A stretch of DNA of 50,711 bases from an uncultured bacterium (GTDB lineage: Bacteria > Eisenbacteria > RBG-16-71-46), in NCBI GenBank assembly GCA_964619155.1, contig CAZUEM010000007.1:1-50711 (forward strand), read 5' to 3'. Within the stretch, counting starts at the first letter, position 1. The number at the start of each line of letters is the position of its first letter. Made by a program: the position numbers and the translations under genes. Below are positions 1 to 10,431 of the stretch, in pieces. The notes under the pieces are model-generated. The model made no database searches, had not been told where the DNA came from, and saw only the letters and a list, made by a program, of their open reading frames with translations.

Positions 1-78
1 GCCGGGCTGCGCGGCCGACTCGGCGGCCCCGGCGCGGCGGCGCGCGCGGCGGCCGCGCTCGCGGGGATGTTCGCGTGA
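1..78 (+). CDS. 3' end of unidentified upstream CDS (partial, runs off window)
   Basis: Frame 1 is open from the window edge to TGA 76-78. The stop overlaps the GTG start of the next gene (GTGA). Only 25 codons are visible, so the product cannot be identified. Confidence 0.3.
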   Translation, partial: AGLRGRLGGPGAAARAAAALAGMFA

Positions 79-740
79 GCCGCGGCGCGCACCCGTGGTG
101 GATGGGGCCGGCCACGGCCCTCGCGGCCGCGGTGATCGGGCTGCTCGCCCGCACGTGGCGCTTCGAGGTGCACGACGACCCCGGCTACGTCGAGGGGCTC
201 GAGCGCGGGGAGAGGTTCGCGTACGCGCTCTGGCACGCGCGGATGCTGCCGCTCGTCTGGCACCACCGGAACGGAGGGCACGTCGTGCTGGTCAGCCGGT
301 CGCGCGACGGCGAGCTCATCACGCGCATCATCGAGCGCTTCGGCTTCCGCACCGCGCGCGGCTCGAGCACGCGCGGCGGCGAGGCGGCGATCCGCGAACT
401 GCTCGCGGCCGCCGCGGCGGGCCGCTCGATCGCCTTCACGCCCGACGGTCCGCGCGGCCCCGCGGAGGTCGCCAAGTCCGGGCTCACGGTGGTGGCGGGC
501 CAGGCCGGGCTGCGCGTGGCGCCGACCGCCGCGGCGTCGCCCGACGCCTGGCGGCTGCGCTCGTGGGACGGCTTCCGGATCCCGAAGCCCTTCGCGCGCG
601 TGGTGATCGGGCACGGCGCGCCGCTCGCGATCGCGCCTCCCGGCGATCCCGGGACGGCCGAGCGCGAACGCGCGCGGGCGGAGGCGGCGCTGCGCGAGCT
701 GACGGCCGAGGTCGCGCGGCGCGCCGGGGAGCGCGCGTGA
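75..740 (+). CDS. DUF374-family protein (lysophospholipid-acyltransferase-like, Kdo-transferase associated)
   Basis: 221-aa ORF with an FTPDGPRGP-type motif and the overall pattern I associate with DUF374. It lies directly upstream of waaA with a stop/start overlap at 737-740, the usual DUF374 context. Confidence 0.7.
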   Translation: MSRGAHPWWMGPATALAAAVIGLLARTWRFEVHDDPGYVEGLERGERFAYALWHARMLPLVWHHRNGGHVVLVSRSRDGELITRIIERFGFRTARGSSTRGGEAAIRELLAAAAAGRSIAFTPDGPRGPAEVAKSGLTVVAGQAGLRVAPTAAASPDAWRLRSWDGFRIPKPFARVVIGHGAPLAIAPPGDPGTAERERARAEAALRELTAEVARRAGERA

Positions 741-1984
741 GCGCCGCCTGGTGGGCGTACCGCGCCGCCGCGCCGCTGCTCGGCTCGGTGGCTCCGGCCG
801 CGGGTTTCTTCGCCTCGCCGCAGGACCGTCCGTACTGGCGCGAGCGCCTCGGCGAGGTGGACCTGCCGGGAGGCTGCCACGCCTGGGTGCACGCCGCCTC
901 GCTCGGCGAAGCGGCCGGCGTGCCGCCGCTGCTTCGCGAACTGCGGGCCGCCGCGCCCGGGGCGCGCTTCTGGCTGACGGCCACCTCGCGCACGGGCCGG
1001 CAACGCCTCGCCGCGCTCCAGCCGCAGGCGTCGCTCGCGCCGATCGACTCGCCGCAGGCGGTGCGGCGGTTCGTGGCCGGCGTCCAGCCGCAGCGGCTGC
1101 TGCTCATCGAGACCGAGTTGTGGCCGCACTGGCTGATGCGCGCGGCCGCCGAGGACCTCCCGGTCGCGGTGGTGAGCGCGCGGATGTCGGACCGCTCGGT
1201 GCGGCGCTACCGCGGGCTGGGCGGCGGGCTGCGCCGGCTGGTCGGCGGGCTGGCCGCCGTGCTCTGCCAGAGCGACGAGGACGTCGCGCGCTGGCGGGCG
1301 ATCGGCTCGCCGCCCGGGCGCACGCTCGCGATCGGGAACCTGAAGAGCGACGGGCTCCCGCGCCCGGCGGCCGACCGCGGCGCCGAACGCGCGGCGCTCG
1401 GGCTCGACCCGGACCGCCCGCTGCTCGTGCTGGGCAGCCTGCGGCCGGGCGAGCCGCGCGCGCTCGCGAAGGCGTGGTGCTCGCTCCCTTCGGCGCTCCG
1501 CGCGCGCTGGCAGGTCGTGGCGGTGCCGCGGCACCCGCGCGCCTCCGACGAGCTGCGCGCCGAGGCCGTTTCCGCCGGGGCGACCGTGGGGACGGCCGCG
1601 CCCGGGCCCGGCGCCTGGCGCTGGGACGACCGCATGGGCGTGCTCGCGGGCTGGTACCGGGCCGCCGAAGCCGCGTTCGTGGGCGGCAGCCTGGCGCCGT
1701 GGGGCGGGCACAACCCGCTCGAGCCCGCGGCCTGCGGGGCGGCGGTGCTCTACGGCCCGCACCATCCCTCGCAGGCGTCGTACGTGCGGGCGCTGCGGGC
1801 GAAGGACGCGATCGTGATCGCGGGCGCCGGCGAGCCGCTCGAGTCGGCGCTGCGAATGCTGCTCGGGGACGACGCCGCGCGCGAGACGCGCGCCCGGGCG
1901 GCGCTCGCGGTCGCCGAGGAGCAGCGCGGCGCCGCGGCCGCCACCGTGGCGCGGCTCGTGGAGTGGGGCCTGTGGCCGGCCTGA
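737..1984 (+). CDS. waaA: 3-deoxy-D-manno-octulosonic acid (Kdo) transferase
   Basis: In-frame GTG at 737 within ORF 95..1984. Carries the WaaA hallmarks WVHAASLGE and ETELWPHW and a C-terminal GT-B half (GGSLAPWGGHNPLEPA). Confidence 0.9.
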   Translation: MSAAWWAYRAAAPLLGSVAPAAGFFASPQDRPYWRERLGEVDLPGGCHAWVHAASLGEAAGVPPLLRELRAAAPGARFWLTATSRTGRQRLAALQPQASLAPIDSPQAVRRFVAGVQPQRLLLIETELWPHWLMRAAAEDLPVAVVSARMSDRSVRRYRGLGGGLRRLVGGLAAVLCQSDEDVARWRAIGSPPGRTLAIGNLKSDGLPRPAADRGAERAALGLDPDRPLLVLGSLRPGEPRALAKAWCSLPSALRARWQVVAVPRHPRASDELRAEAVSAGATVGTAAPGPGAWRWDDRMGVLAGWYRAAEAAFVGGSLAPWGGHNPLEPAACGAAVLYGPHHPSQASYVRALRAKDAIVIAGAGEPLESALRMLLGDDAARETRARAALAVAEEQRGAAAATVARLVEWGLWPA

Positions 1985-2940
1985 GCGGTCCGCTCGCGCG
2001 CGCCGCGGCGTCGCTCTACGCGCTCGGCTGGGAGGCCCGGCGGGCGGCCTACGCCCGCGGCTGGGCGGCGCCCGAGCGCGTCGGCGCGCGCGTGGCCAGC
2101 GTCGGCAACCTCACCGCCGGCGGCGCGGGCAAGACGACGCTCGTGCTGCACCTGGCCGCGCGCGCCCGCGAACGCGGCGTGGACGCGGCCGTGGTGTGCC
2201 GGCGCTACCGTCCCGGGCCGGAGGGCGAGGGCGACGAGGAGCGGCTGTTCCGCGCCGCGGTCGGCGCCACGCGGTGCTTCGCGGGCACGGGCAAGCTCGC
2301 GCTGGCGCGCGCGGCGGCCGCGGCCGGGGCGCGGCTCGTGCTCGTGGACGACGGCTTCCAGCACTGGCCGCTCGCGCGGGACGCGGACGTCGTGCTGCTC
2401 GACCGCACCGACCTCTTCGGCGGCGGCGCGCTGCTGCCGGCCGGGCGGCTGCGCGAGCCGCTGCGCGCGCTGCAGCGCGCCAGCGCGGTGGTCGTGACGC
2501 GCCTGGGCGCGGGGGAGGATCCGGCGCCGCTGATCGAGCGGGTGCGGCCGTTCGCGCCCGCGGCGCTCCTCGGGGCGGCGCGTCACGAGGTCTCGTTCGT
2601 GCGCGCTCCGGGCGGCGGCGCGACCGGGGCGCGCGGGGCCGCCCACGTCGTGACCGCGACGGGAAACCCCGCGGCGGTGGCCGCCAGCGCGGCCGAGGCG
2701 GGCTTCGCCCCGGTCACGCACTCCGCCTACCGCGACCACCACTGGTTCACGCCCGCCGAGGCGGACCGCGAGGCCGGGCGCGCCGGGGCCGGCACGCTCC
2801 TCGTCTCGGCCAAGGATGCCGTACGCTGGCCCGCGGCCGCGGGACGGCGCCCCTGCGTGCTCGAGGTCGAATGGCGCTGGGTGGCGGGGGGCGTCGCGAT
2901 CGAGGCCCACGTGTTCGGCGACCCGGCGCCCCAACCCTGA
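1972..2940 (+). CDS. lpxK: tetraacyldisaccharide 4'-kinase
   Basis: Distal part of ORF 751..2940. P-loop VGNLTAGGAGKTT, then LVDDGFQHWPL and LPAGRLREP motifs typical of LpxK. The start is uncertain (GTG 1963 or 1972, CTG 1981). Confidence 0.85.
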   Translation: MAGLSGPLARAAASLYALGWEARRAAYARGWAAPERVGARVASVGNLTAGGAGKTTLVLHLAARARERGVDAAVVCRRYRPGPEGEGDEERLFRAAVGATRCFAGTGKLALARAAAAAGARLVLVDDGFQHWPLARDADVVLLDRTDLFGGGALLPAGRLREPLRALQRASAVVVTRLGAGEDPAPLIERVRPFAPAALLGAARHEVSFVRAPGGGATGARGAAHVVTATGNPAAVAASAAEAGFAPVTHSAYRDHHWFTPAEADREAGRAGAGTLLVSAKDAVRWPAAAGRRPCVLEVEWRWVAGGVAIEAHVFGDPAPQP

Positions 2941-2954
2941 AGGAGCGAGCGAGC

Positions 2955-4589
2955 GTGTCGGACGCGGACGTCCTCATCCTGGGCAGCGGCATCGGCGGGC
3001 TGACGCTGGCGCTCGAGGCGGCGCGGCACGGCCGCGTGCTCGTCGTCACCAAGCGCGAGGCCAACGACTCGAACACCAACATGGCGCAGGGCGGCATCGC
3101 CGCGGTCTTCGACCGCGAGGACAGCTTCGAGCGCCACGTCGCCGACACGCTGCGCTCCGGCGACGGGCTGTGCGACGAGAACGTCGTGCGCGCGGTCGTG
3201 CGCGAGGCGCCGGGGCGCGTCGCGGAGCTGGCGCGGCTCGGCGTGCCGTTCGACCGGCGGGGCGGCTCGTTCGAGCTGGGCCGCGAGGGCGGGCACTCGC
3301 GGCGACGCATCGTGCACGCCACCGACTTCACGGGCCGCTCGGTGCAGCAGGTGCTGCTCGCCCGCGTGCGCGAGCACCCCGGCATCCGCGTGCTCGAGAA
3401 CCACGTCGGCGTGGACCTCATCCTCGACTCGAAGCTCCGCCGCGGGCGGCGCCCGGGGCGCGACACGGTGTGGGGCGCGTACGTGATGGACCGGCAGACG
3501 CACCGCATCCGGCCGCTCACCGCGGCGGTCACCGTGCTCGCGACGGGGGGCTGCGGCAAGGTCTACCTCTACACGAGCAATCCCGACGTCGCGACCGGCG
3601 ACGGGCTCGCCATGGCCTACCGGGCCGGCGCCACCGTCGAGAGCCTCGAGTTCGTGCAGTTCCACCCGACCTGCCTCTACCACCGCGGCGCGCGCACCTT
3701 CCTCGTCTCCGAGGCGGTGCGCGGCGAGGGCGCGCTGCTGCGCACGCTGGACGGCGCCCGCTTCATGCCGCGCTACCACCGGCTCGCGGAGCTGGCGCCG
3801 CGCGACGTCGTGGCGCGCGCCATCGACCGCGAGATGAAGCGGCGGGGCGACGAGCACGTCTGGCTCGACATCACGCGCGCGCCGGCGGCCCGCGTTCGCG
3901 CGCGGTTCCCGAACATCGACGCCCAGCTGCGGGCGCTCGGCATCGACATGACGAAGGAGCCGATCCCGGTCGTGCCGGCCGCGCACTACATGTGCGGCGG
4001 CGTGCGCGCGACCGTCGGCGGGCGGACGGACCTCGACGGGCTGCTCGCGATCGGCGAGGTCGCCTGCACCGGCCTGCACGGCGCGAACCGCCTCGCGAGC
4101 AACTCGCTGCTCGAGGCGCTGGTCGGCGCGCACCACGCGGCTGCGGAGATCGCGGCGCGCCTCGCGAAGCGGCCGGCGCCGCCGAAGGCGGATCCGTGGC
4201 GCGCGCGCGGCACGCACCCGCCGCACGAGGCGGTGGTCTTCGACCACAACTGGGACACGGTGCGCCGGGTGATGTGGGACCTCGTGGGCATCGTCCGCAC
4301 CGACGAGCGCCTCGCGTTCGCGGCGCGGCGCCTGGCGCTGCTGAGCGACGAGATCGAACGCGACTACGAGCGGCTGCGGCTCTCGCCCGACCTGGTCGAG
4401 CTGCGCAACATCGCGCTCGTCGGCAGCCTGATCGTGGCGAGCGCGCAGCGGCGCCGGGAGAGCCGCGGGCTGCACTTCAACCTCGACCACCCGCGGCGCG
4501 TGTCCGCCGAGGCGCGCCGGCGCACGCGGCTCCGCCGCGGGCGGGGCCCGCGCGCGGCGCTTGTGCCCGGCGAACGCAGCCGCCTATAG
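2955..4589 (+). CDS. nadB: L-aspartate oxidase
   Basis: GTG 2955 within ORF 2196..4589. FAD motif DVLILGSGIGG, then NTNMAQGGIAA, FVQFHPT, HYMCGGV and GANRLASNSLLE, a typical NadB/succinate-dehydrogenase flavoprotein pattern. Confidence 0.9.
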   Translation: MSDADVLILGSGIGGLTLALEAARHGRVLVVTKREANDSNTNMAQGGIAAVFDREDSFERHVADTLRSGDGLCDENVVRAVVREAPGRVAELARLGVPFDRRGGSFELGREGGHSRRRIVHATDFTGRSVQQVLLARVREHPGIRVLENHVGVDLILDSKLRRGRRPGRDTVWGAYVMDRQTHRIRPLTAAVTVLATGGCGKVYLYTSNPDVATGDGLAMAYRAGATVESLEFVQFHPTCLYHRGARTFLVSEAVRGEGALLRTLDGARFMPRYHRLAELAPRDVVARAIDREMKRRGDEHVWLDITRAPAARVRARFPNIDAQLRALGIDMTKEPIPVVPAAHYMCGGVRATVGGRTDLDGLLAIGEVACTGLHGANRLASNSLLEALVGAHHAAAEIAARLAKRPAPPKADPWRARGTHPPHEAVVFDHNWDTVRRVMWDLVGIVRTDERLAFAARRLALLSDEIERDYERLRLSPDLVELRNIALVGSLIVASAQRRRESRGLHFNLDHPRRVSAEARRRTRLRRGRGPRAALVPGERSRL

Positions 4590-4590
4590 T
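4561..4590 (+). promoter_or_regulatory. putative promoter (TTGTGC-N18-TATAGT) embedded in the 3' end of nadB
   Basis: TATAGT at 4585-90 contains the nadB TAG stop. GGAGGA follows at 4599-4604 and GTG at 4609 for the next gene. The -35 is weak. Confidence 0.3.
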
Positions 4591-4608
4591 GCCGCGCCGG
4601 AGGACGAC

Positions 4609-5025
4609 GTGAGCGCTGACACCTTCTGGGACACCGTGGACGCGCTGCGCGAGACGCAGCGGCGCTACGCGCGCGAGGCCTACGGGTTCGTGGTGGCCGC
4701 CCTCGGCGAGACCGTGCGCGGGCTGCCGCCCGGGCGACTCGCCGACCCCGAGCGCCGGCATCTCTCGGGCCGCGAGCTGCTCGTCGGCGTCGTTGCGATG
4801 GCGCGGCGCGAGTTCGGGCCGCTGGCCCCGACCGTGTTCCGCGAGTGGGGGGTGGCGGCCGCCGAGGACGTGGGCGAGATCGTCTTCGCCCTGGTGCGCG
4901 CCGGCCAGCTGAGCGCCCGGCCCGAGGACACGATGGACGACTTCCGGGGCGGGTTCGACCTCGCGGCCGAGCTCTCGCGCGGGGGCGATGGCGGCCCCGG
5001 TCCCCGGCGGGCCCCGGCGGCCTGA
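4609..5025 (+). CDS. conserved hypothetical protein (possibly Minf_1886/TIGR04138-like)
   Basis: GTG 4609 is preceded by GGAGGA (4599-4604) in ORF 4561..5025. The sequence (HLSGRELL...FREWGV...DVGEIVFALV...DDFRGGFD) resembles a small family I recall from Verrucomicrobia and Planctomycetes. The family name comes from memory only. Confidence 0.45.
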   Translation: MSADTFWDTVDALRETQRRYAREAYGFVVAALGETVRGLPPGRLADPERRHLSGRELLVGVVAMARREFGPLAPTVFREWGVAAAEDVGEIVFALVRAGQLSARPEDTMDDFRGGFDLAAELSRGGDGGPGPRRAPAA

Positions 5026-5028
5026 CGC

Positions 5029-6849
5029 GTGCACGAGTTCGTCCGCCTCCTCCGCCTGCTGCGACCGTACCGCCGCCGCCTCGCCGCGGCGATCGCGTGC
5101 ATGCTGCTCTATTCCGCCGCGTTCACCGCCTCGCTGACGCTCGTGGACCCGTTCACGCGCCTGATGTTCGGCGCGTCCCCGCCGCCGGCGGCCGGGCTGG
5201 CCGCGGGCGGGGCGTCCGCGGGCTGGCTCGACCGGCTGCCGGCCGCCTGGCACCAGTGGCTGTTCGAGGCGGACCGGCTGGTGGCGTTCGAGCGGCTGTG
5301 CGGCGTCATCCTCGCGCTCTTCCTGCTCAAGAACGCGGCCGACTACGTCGCGTCGTACCTGAGCGTCTCGGTCGAGCAGGCGGCGATGCGCGACCTGCGC
5401 CGGGCGCTGTTCGCGCACCTCTCGCGCCTCTCGCTCGACTTCTACCACGGCCGCCGCGCGGGCACGCTGATCTCGCGACTGACGAACGACGTCGAGGCGC
5501 TGCGCAGCACGCTGGCGGTGAGCATCAGCAACCTGCTCAAGGACGGCCTGACGCTGATCGGCAGCCTGGTGATCGTGTTCGTGGCGTCGTGGAAGCTGGC
5601 GCTCTTCGCGATGGTGGTCGTGCCGCCCGCGGCGCTGGCGCTGGTGGCGATCGGGCGCAACATGCGCCGCCGCTCGAACCGGGCGCAGGAGAAGATGGCG
5701 GACCTGACCAGCGTGCTGCAGGAGTCCATCGCCGGCGTGCGCGTGGTGCAGGCGTTCGGCATGGAGCGCTACGAGGCCGGGCGGTTCGAGAAGGCGAACG
5801 GCGGCTACTACACCGCGTTCGTGCGCCTGCGGCGCGTCTCGGCCGCGGCCAAGCCGCTCAGCGAGATGGCGATCATCGCCGTCGCGGTGGCGATCGCGTG
5901 GATGGGCGCGCGCGAGATCCTGCACGTCGAGAGCCTGCCCCCGTCGCGGTTCTTCCAGTTCGTGACCGCGCTGCTGGCGACCATCTCGCCGATCAAGAGC
6001 CTGAGCGAGATGAACAGCACGATCGCGGCCGGCATGGGCGCCGCCGACCGCGTGTTCGGCCTGCTCGACACGCCGTCCACGATCGCCGAGAAGCCGGGCG
6101 CCGCGGACCTGTCGCCGTTCGCGGGCGAGATCCGCTACGAGGGCGTGTCGTTCGGCTACGACCCCGCCACCCCGGTGCTGCAGGACGTGTCGTTCGCGGT
6201 GCGCCGCGGCGAGGTGGTGGCGCTCGTCGGGGCGAGCGGCGCCGGCAAGAGCACGACGCTCGACCTGCTCGCGCGCTTCTACGACCCGACCGGGGGGCGC
6301 GTGACGCTGGACGGCACCGACCTGCGGGACGCGACGCTGCGCTCGCTGCGCGGCCAGCTCGGGATCGTGACGCAGGAGACGATCCTGTTCCACGACACGG
6401 TGCGCGCGAACATCGCCTACGGCCTCGCGGACGCCTCCGACGCCGACGTCGAACGGGCGGCGCGCGCGGCGCACGCGCACGACTTCGTCTCGCGCCTGCC
6501 GGAGGGCTACGCCACGCTGGTCGGCGACCGCGGCGTGCGGCTCTCGGGCGGCGAGCGCCAGCGCCTGGCGATCGCGCGGGCGCTGCTGCGGAACCCGCCG
6601 ATCCTGCTGCTGGACGAGGCCACGTCGGCGCTCGACACCGAGAGCGAGCGGCTCGTGCAGGAGGCGCTCGAGCAGCTCATGCGCGACCGCACGGTGCTCG
6701 TCATCGCCCACCGGCTCTCGACCGTGCAGCACGCCGACCGCATCCTCGTCTTCGACGGCGGGCGCATCGTGCAGCAGGGCCCGCACGCCGAGCTGGTCTC
6801 GGCGGACGGCCCGTACCGGCGGCTGCACGAGCTGCAGTTCCGGGACTGA
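5029..6849 (+). CDS. msbA: ABC transporter permease/ATP-binding protein, lipid A export (MsbA-like)
   Basis: 606 aa. N-terminal six-TM exporter domain followed by Walker [10 protein letters not shown], signature LSGGERQR and Walker [13 protein letters not shown]. It sits in an LPS gene context. Confidence 0.85.
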   Translation: MHEFVRLLRLLRPYRRRLAAAIACMLLYSAAFTASLTLVDPFTRLMFGASPPPAAGLAAGGASAGWLDRLPAAWHQWLFEADRLVAFERLCGVILALFLLKNAADYVASYLSVSVEQAAMRDLRRALFAHLSRLSLDFYHGRRAGTLISRLTNDVEALRSTLAVSISNLLKDGLTLIGSLVIVFVASWKLALFAMVVVPPAALALVAIGRNMRRRSNRAQEKMADLTSVLQESIAGVRVVQAFGMERYEAGRFEKANGGYYTAFVRLRRVSAAAKPLSEMAIIAVAVAIAWMGAREILHVESLPPSRFFQFVTALLATISPIKSLSEMNSTIAAGMGAADRVFGLLDTPSTIAEKPGAADLSPFAGEIRYEGVSFGYDPATPVLQDVSFAVRRGEVVALVGASGAGKSTTLDLLARFYDPTGGRVTLDGTDLRDATLRSLRGQLGIVTQETILFHDTVRANIAYGLADASDADVERAARAAHAHDFVSRLPEGYATLVGDRGVRLSGGERQRLAIARALLRNPPILLLDEATSALDTESERLVQEALEQLMRDRTVLVIAHRLSTVQHADRILVFDGGRIVQQGPHAELVSADGPYRRLHELQFRD

Positions 6850-6850
6850 C

Positions 6851-7912
6851 GTGGCCCGCCGCGCCGTCGCCGTCCCCGCCGGGGGCTTCCGCGAGATCGC
6901 GGTGCTGCGGCTCTCGTCGCTCGGCGACGTGGTGCTGACGCTGCCGGTCGTGCACGCGCTGCGCGCGGCCTTCCCCGGCGCGCGGCTCCACTACTGGGTG
7001 AAGGAGGAGTACGCCGGCCTGGTGCGCCACGACCCGGCGGTGGACCACGTGCGCGTGCTCGAGCGCGACGCCCGGCGGCTCGAGGACCTCGTGTCCATGG
7101 GCGCGGAGCTCGAGGACTGCGACCTGATCGTGGACCTGCACGGCAGCGTGCGGACGCGCGTGCTCACGGCGCGGCAGAAGGCGCCGGTGCTGCGCGCGCC
7201 GTCCGAGCGGCTGCTGCGCGAGCGCTGGGTGCGGGCGCGCTGGACGCGCCCGCGGCCGGCGTCGCACGCGACCGCGCGCGCGGCCGCGGCGATCGCGCCC
7301 CTGGGGCTCGTCGCCCCGGGCGCGCCGCGCGTGAGCGCGGGGGCCGAGGCCGAGGTGTGGGCCGGGGCGTTCGTCGCCGGCTGGGCGGGCGGCGCCCCGG
7401 TGGTGGCGCTCTGCCCGGGCGCGCGCCACGCCACCAAGCGCTGGCCGGAGGAGCGCTGGTGCGCGCTCGACCGGGCGCTGGCCGGCGCGGGGGTGCGCCG
7501 CCTCGTGCTGACGACCGCGGCCGAGCGCCGCGAGCTGCCCGCGCTCGCCGCGCGGGTGGACGCCGACCCGGGGGCGCGCTGGTGCCTCGAGCCGCTGCCG
7601 CGCCTGGCGGCGCTCCTGTCGCGCGTGCGCGCCGCGGTCACGCACGACAGCGGCCTCATGCACCTCGCCGCCGCGCGCGGCGCGAAGGTGGTGGCGCTCT
7701 TCGGGAGCACCTCGCCGGTCCTGGGCTTCGGGCCGAGCGGGGAGGGGCACGCGGTGCTGTGCCGGAACGAACCCTGCCAGCCCTGCACGCTGCACGGCCT
7801 GGCCGCCTGCCCGCGGCGCCACTTCCGGTGCATGACGCTCATCGCCCCGGACGAAGTCCTCGGCGCGCTGCGCGCGGCCGGCGCCTTGTCGCCCGGCGAG
7901 GCTCTCGCCTAG
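6851..7912 (+). CDS. glycosyltransferase family 9 (LPS heptosyltransferase-like)
   Basis: 353 aa. N-terminal [12 protein letters not shown] and C-terminal [25 protein letters not shown] motifs are typical of GT9. Confidence 0.8.
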   Translation: MARRAVAVPAGGFREIAVLRLSSLGDVVLTLPVVHALRAAFPGARLHYWVKEEYAGLVRHDPAVDHVRVLERDARRLEDLVSMGAELEDCDLIVDLHGSVRTRVLTARQKAPVLRAPSERLLRERWVRARWTRPRPASHATARAAAAIAPLGLVAPGAPRVSAGAEAEVWAGAFVAGWAGGAPVVALCPGARHATKRWPEERWCALDRALAGAGVRRLVLTTAAERRELPALAARVDADPGARWCLEPLPRLAALLSRVRAAVTHDSGLMHLAAARGAKVVALFGSTSPVLGFGPSGEGHAVLCRNEPCQPCTLHGLAACPRRHFRCMTLIAPDEVLGALRAAGALSPGEALA

Positions 7913-7976
7913 ACTCCCCGCCTTCCCGAAACCCCGCAGCACCGCTGCCCGCGTTCCGCAACGTCCGGAGATCCGT

Positions 7977-9425
7977 GTGAGCGACGCCCCGTCCCGCAAG
8001 CAGTTCGTCGAGGAGCTGACCGACCAGACCGACGATTTCTCGCGCTGGTACACCGAGGTCGTGCGCAAGGCGCAGCTGGCGGACTATTCGCCCGTGCGCG
8101 GCTCGATGGTGATCCGGCCGTACGGCTACGGGCTGTGGGAGAACATGCAGGGCGCGCTCGACCGGCGGATCAAGGAGACGGGGCACCAGAACGCCTACTT
8201 CCCGCTGCTCATCCCCGAGTCGCTGCTGCAGCTCGAGGCGGACCACGTCGAGGGCTTCGCGCCCGAGTGCGCGTGGGTCACCGAGGGCGGGCGCGAGAAG
8301 CTCGAGGAACGCTTCGCGATCCGGCCGACGAGCGAGGCGATCATCGGCCACATGTACTCGAAGTGGATCGAGTCCTACCGCGACCTGCCGGTGCTCATCA
8401 ACCAGTGGGCCAACGTCATGCGCTGGGAGAAGGTCACGCGGCTCTTCCTGCGCACGTCGGAGTTCCTGTGGCAGGAGGGGCACACCGCGCACGCGACCGA
8501 GCCGGAGTGCCTCGAGGAAGTGCTGCGCATGCTCGAGGTCTACCGCGACTTCGTCGAGACCGAACTGGCGATCCCGGTCTACGCGGGCAAGAAGAGCGAC
8601 GCCGAGCGCTTCGCGGGCGCGCAGGACACGTACGCGATCGAGGCCCTGATGAAGGACGGCAAGGCGCTGCAGGCCGGGACCTCGCACCACCTCGGGCAGC
8701 ACTTCGCGAAGGTGTTCGACATCACGTACCAGGACGAGCAGGGCAGGCGGCAGCACGTGTGGCAGACCTCGTGGGGCGTCTCGACGCGCCTCGTGGGCGC
8801 CATCGTGATGACGCACGGCGACGACCACGGCCTGCGCCTGCCTCCGAACGTGGCGCCCATCCAGGCGGTCGTGGTGCCCATCTGGCGCAAGGAGGAGGAC
8901 CGCGCCGCGGTGCTGGCGTTCGTCGCGAAGGTGAAGGAGGCGCTCGGCCGCGCCGTGCGCGTGCACGTGGACGACCGGGACCAGTACACGCCGGGCTGGA
9001 AGTACAACGAGTACGAGATGCGCGGCGTGCCGGTGCGCCTGGAGGTCGGCCCGAAGGACGTCGCGAACTCGGCCGTGATGAGCGTGCGGCGCGACACCCG
9101 CGGCAAGGAGTCCATCCCGCTCGCCTCGCTGGCGGAGCGGCTGCCGGCGCTGCTCGCCGAGGTGCAGGGCTCGCTCTTCGAGCAGGCGAAGGCGTTCCGC
9201 GACGCGAACACCGTGCTCGTGGCCGGGAAGGACGAGGTGATCGCGCACTTCGCGGCCGAGAAGCGCGGCTTCGTCGCGGTGCCGTGGGACGGCAGCGCGG
9301 CGTTCGAGGCCGAGGTGAAGGAGGCCTGCGGCGCGACCCTGCGCTGCCTGCCGTTCGACCTCTCGCGCTTCGGGAGCCTCGAGCGCCCCGGCCACCGCGT
9401 GGCGCTGTTCGCGCGGGCGTACTGA
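7977..9425 (+). CDS. proS: proline--tRNA ligase (short, archaeal/eukaryote-like type)
   Basis: 482 aa. Shows class II motifs (FRTSEFLWQEGHTAH, GTSHHLGQHF), has no bacterial insertion domain, and ends in Tyr (..ARAY) as this ProRS type does. Confidence 0.9.
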   Translation: MSDAPSRKQFVEELTDQTDDFSRWYTEVVRKAQLADYSPVRGSMVIRPYGYGLWENMQGALDRRIKETGHQNAYFPLLIPESLLQLEADHVEGFAPECAWVTEGGREKLEERFAIRPTSEAIIGHMYSKWIESYRDLPVLINQWANVMRWEKVTRLFLRTSEFLWQEGHTAHATEPECLEEVLRMLEVYRDFVETELAIPVYAGKKSDAERFAGAQDTYAIEALMKDGKALQAGTSHHLGQHFAKVFDITYQDEQGRRQHVWQTSWGVSTRLVGAIVMTHGDDHGLRLPPNVAPIQAVVVPIWRKEEDRAAVLAFVAKVKEALGRAVRVHVDDRDQYTPGWKYNEYEMRGVPVRLEVGPKDVANSAVMSVRRDTRGKESIPLASLAERLPALLAEVQGSLFEQAKAFRDANTVLVAGKDEVIAHFAAEKRGFVAVPWDGSAAFEAEVKEACGATLRCLPFDLSRFGSLERPGHRVALFARAY

Positions 9426-9444
9426 GCGCCGCGCCGGGCGACGC

Positions 9445-10431
9445 ATGCGCCGGATTCTCGTCCGCCTGCCGAACTGGCTGGGGGACGCGCTCATGGCCCG
9501 GCCGCTGCTGCACGCCCTGAGGGCCGCGTTTCCGGACGCCGCGATCGCGGCCGTCGGGCCCGCGCCGCTGCTCGGGCTGCTGGGCCCCGAGCGGCTGTGG
9601 GGCGAATCGCACGCGTGGCCCGCGGGCGCGGGCGCGGCCCTGCGCGCCCCGCGGGCGGACCTCGCGCTCGTGCTGCCCCCGTCCTTCTCGAGCGCCTGGT
9701 TCGCGTGGCGCTCGGGCGCGCGCGTCCGCGTGGGCTTCGCGCACGAGGGGCGTTCGTTTCTCCTGACGCGCGCGCTGCGGCGGCCGGCCCGCGGCGAGCG
9801 GCACCTCTCGCGCGAGTACCTCGAGCTCGGCGAAGCGGCGGGCGTGACCGCGGCGGGCCCTCCGCCCGTGCTGCCGGTGGCCGCGGACGCGAGGGCCGAG
9901 GCCCGCGCGCTGGCCGGGCCGGCGGTGGAGGGCCCCTACGCGGTGCTCGCCCCGGGCGCGACGTACGGGCCCGCCAAGCGCTGGCCCGCGGCGCGCTTCG
10001 CCGAGACCGGGAGGCGGCTGGCGGAGCGGGGCTGGAAGCTCCTCGCCTGCGGCGCGGCGGGGGAGCGGGAGGCCTGCGAGGAGGTCGCGCGCGGCTGCGG
10101 CGCGACGGCGCTCGCCGGGCGCACGTCGCTCGCGGCGATGGCGGCGCTGTGCGCGGACGCGGCGGCCGTGGTGAGCAACGACTCGGGGCTCGCGCACCTG
10201 GCGGCGGCGGCCGGCGCCCCGACGGTGACGGTGTTCGGGTCCACGAGCAGCGCCTGGACGGCGCCGCTCGGCCCCCGGACGGCGGTCGTGCAGCGGCCGC
10301 CGGTGTGCTCGCCGTGCTTCGCGCGCACGTGCCGGATCGGCTACGGGTGCCTCGAGGCGGTGGGCGTGGACGACGTGCTGGCGGCGCTGGAGCGCGCGCG
10401 CCGCGGACCTGGCGGAGGGACGGACGCATGA
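9445..10431 (+). CDS. waaF: lipopolysaccharide heptosyltransferase II-like GT9
   Basis: 328 aa. Motifs LPNWLGDALMARP and NDSGLAHLAAAAGAPTVTVFGSTS. Assignment to heptosyltransferase II specifically is tentative. Confidence 0.75.
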   Translation: MRRILVRLPNWLGDALMARPLLHALRAAFPDAAIAAVGPAPLLGLLGPERLWGESHAWPAGAGAALRAPRADLALVLPPSFSSAWFAWRSGARVRVGFAHEGRSFLLTRALRRPARGERHLSREYLELGEAAGVTAAGPPPVLPVAADARAEARALAGPAVEGPYAVLAPGATYGPAKRWPAARFAETGRRLAERGWKLLACGAAGEREACEEVARGCGATALAGRTSLAAMAALCADAAAVVSNDSGLAHLAAAAGAPTVTVFGSTSSAWTAPLGPRTAVVQRPPVCSPCFARTCRIGYGCLEAVGVDDVLAALERARRGPGGGTDA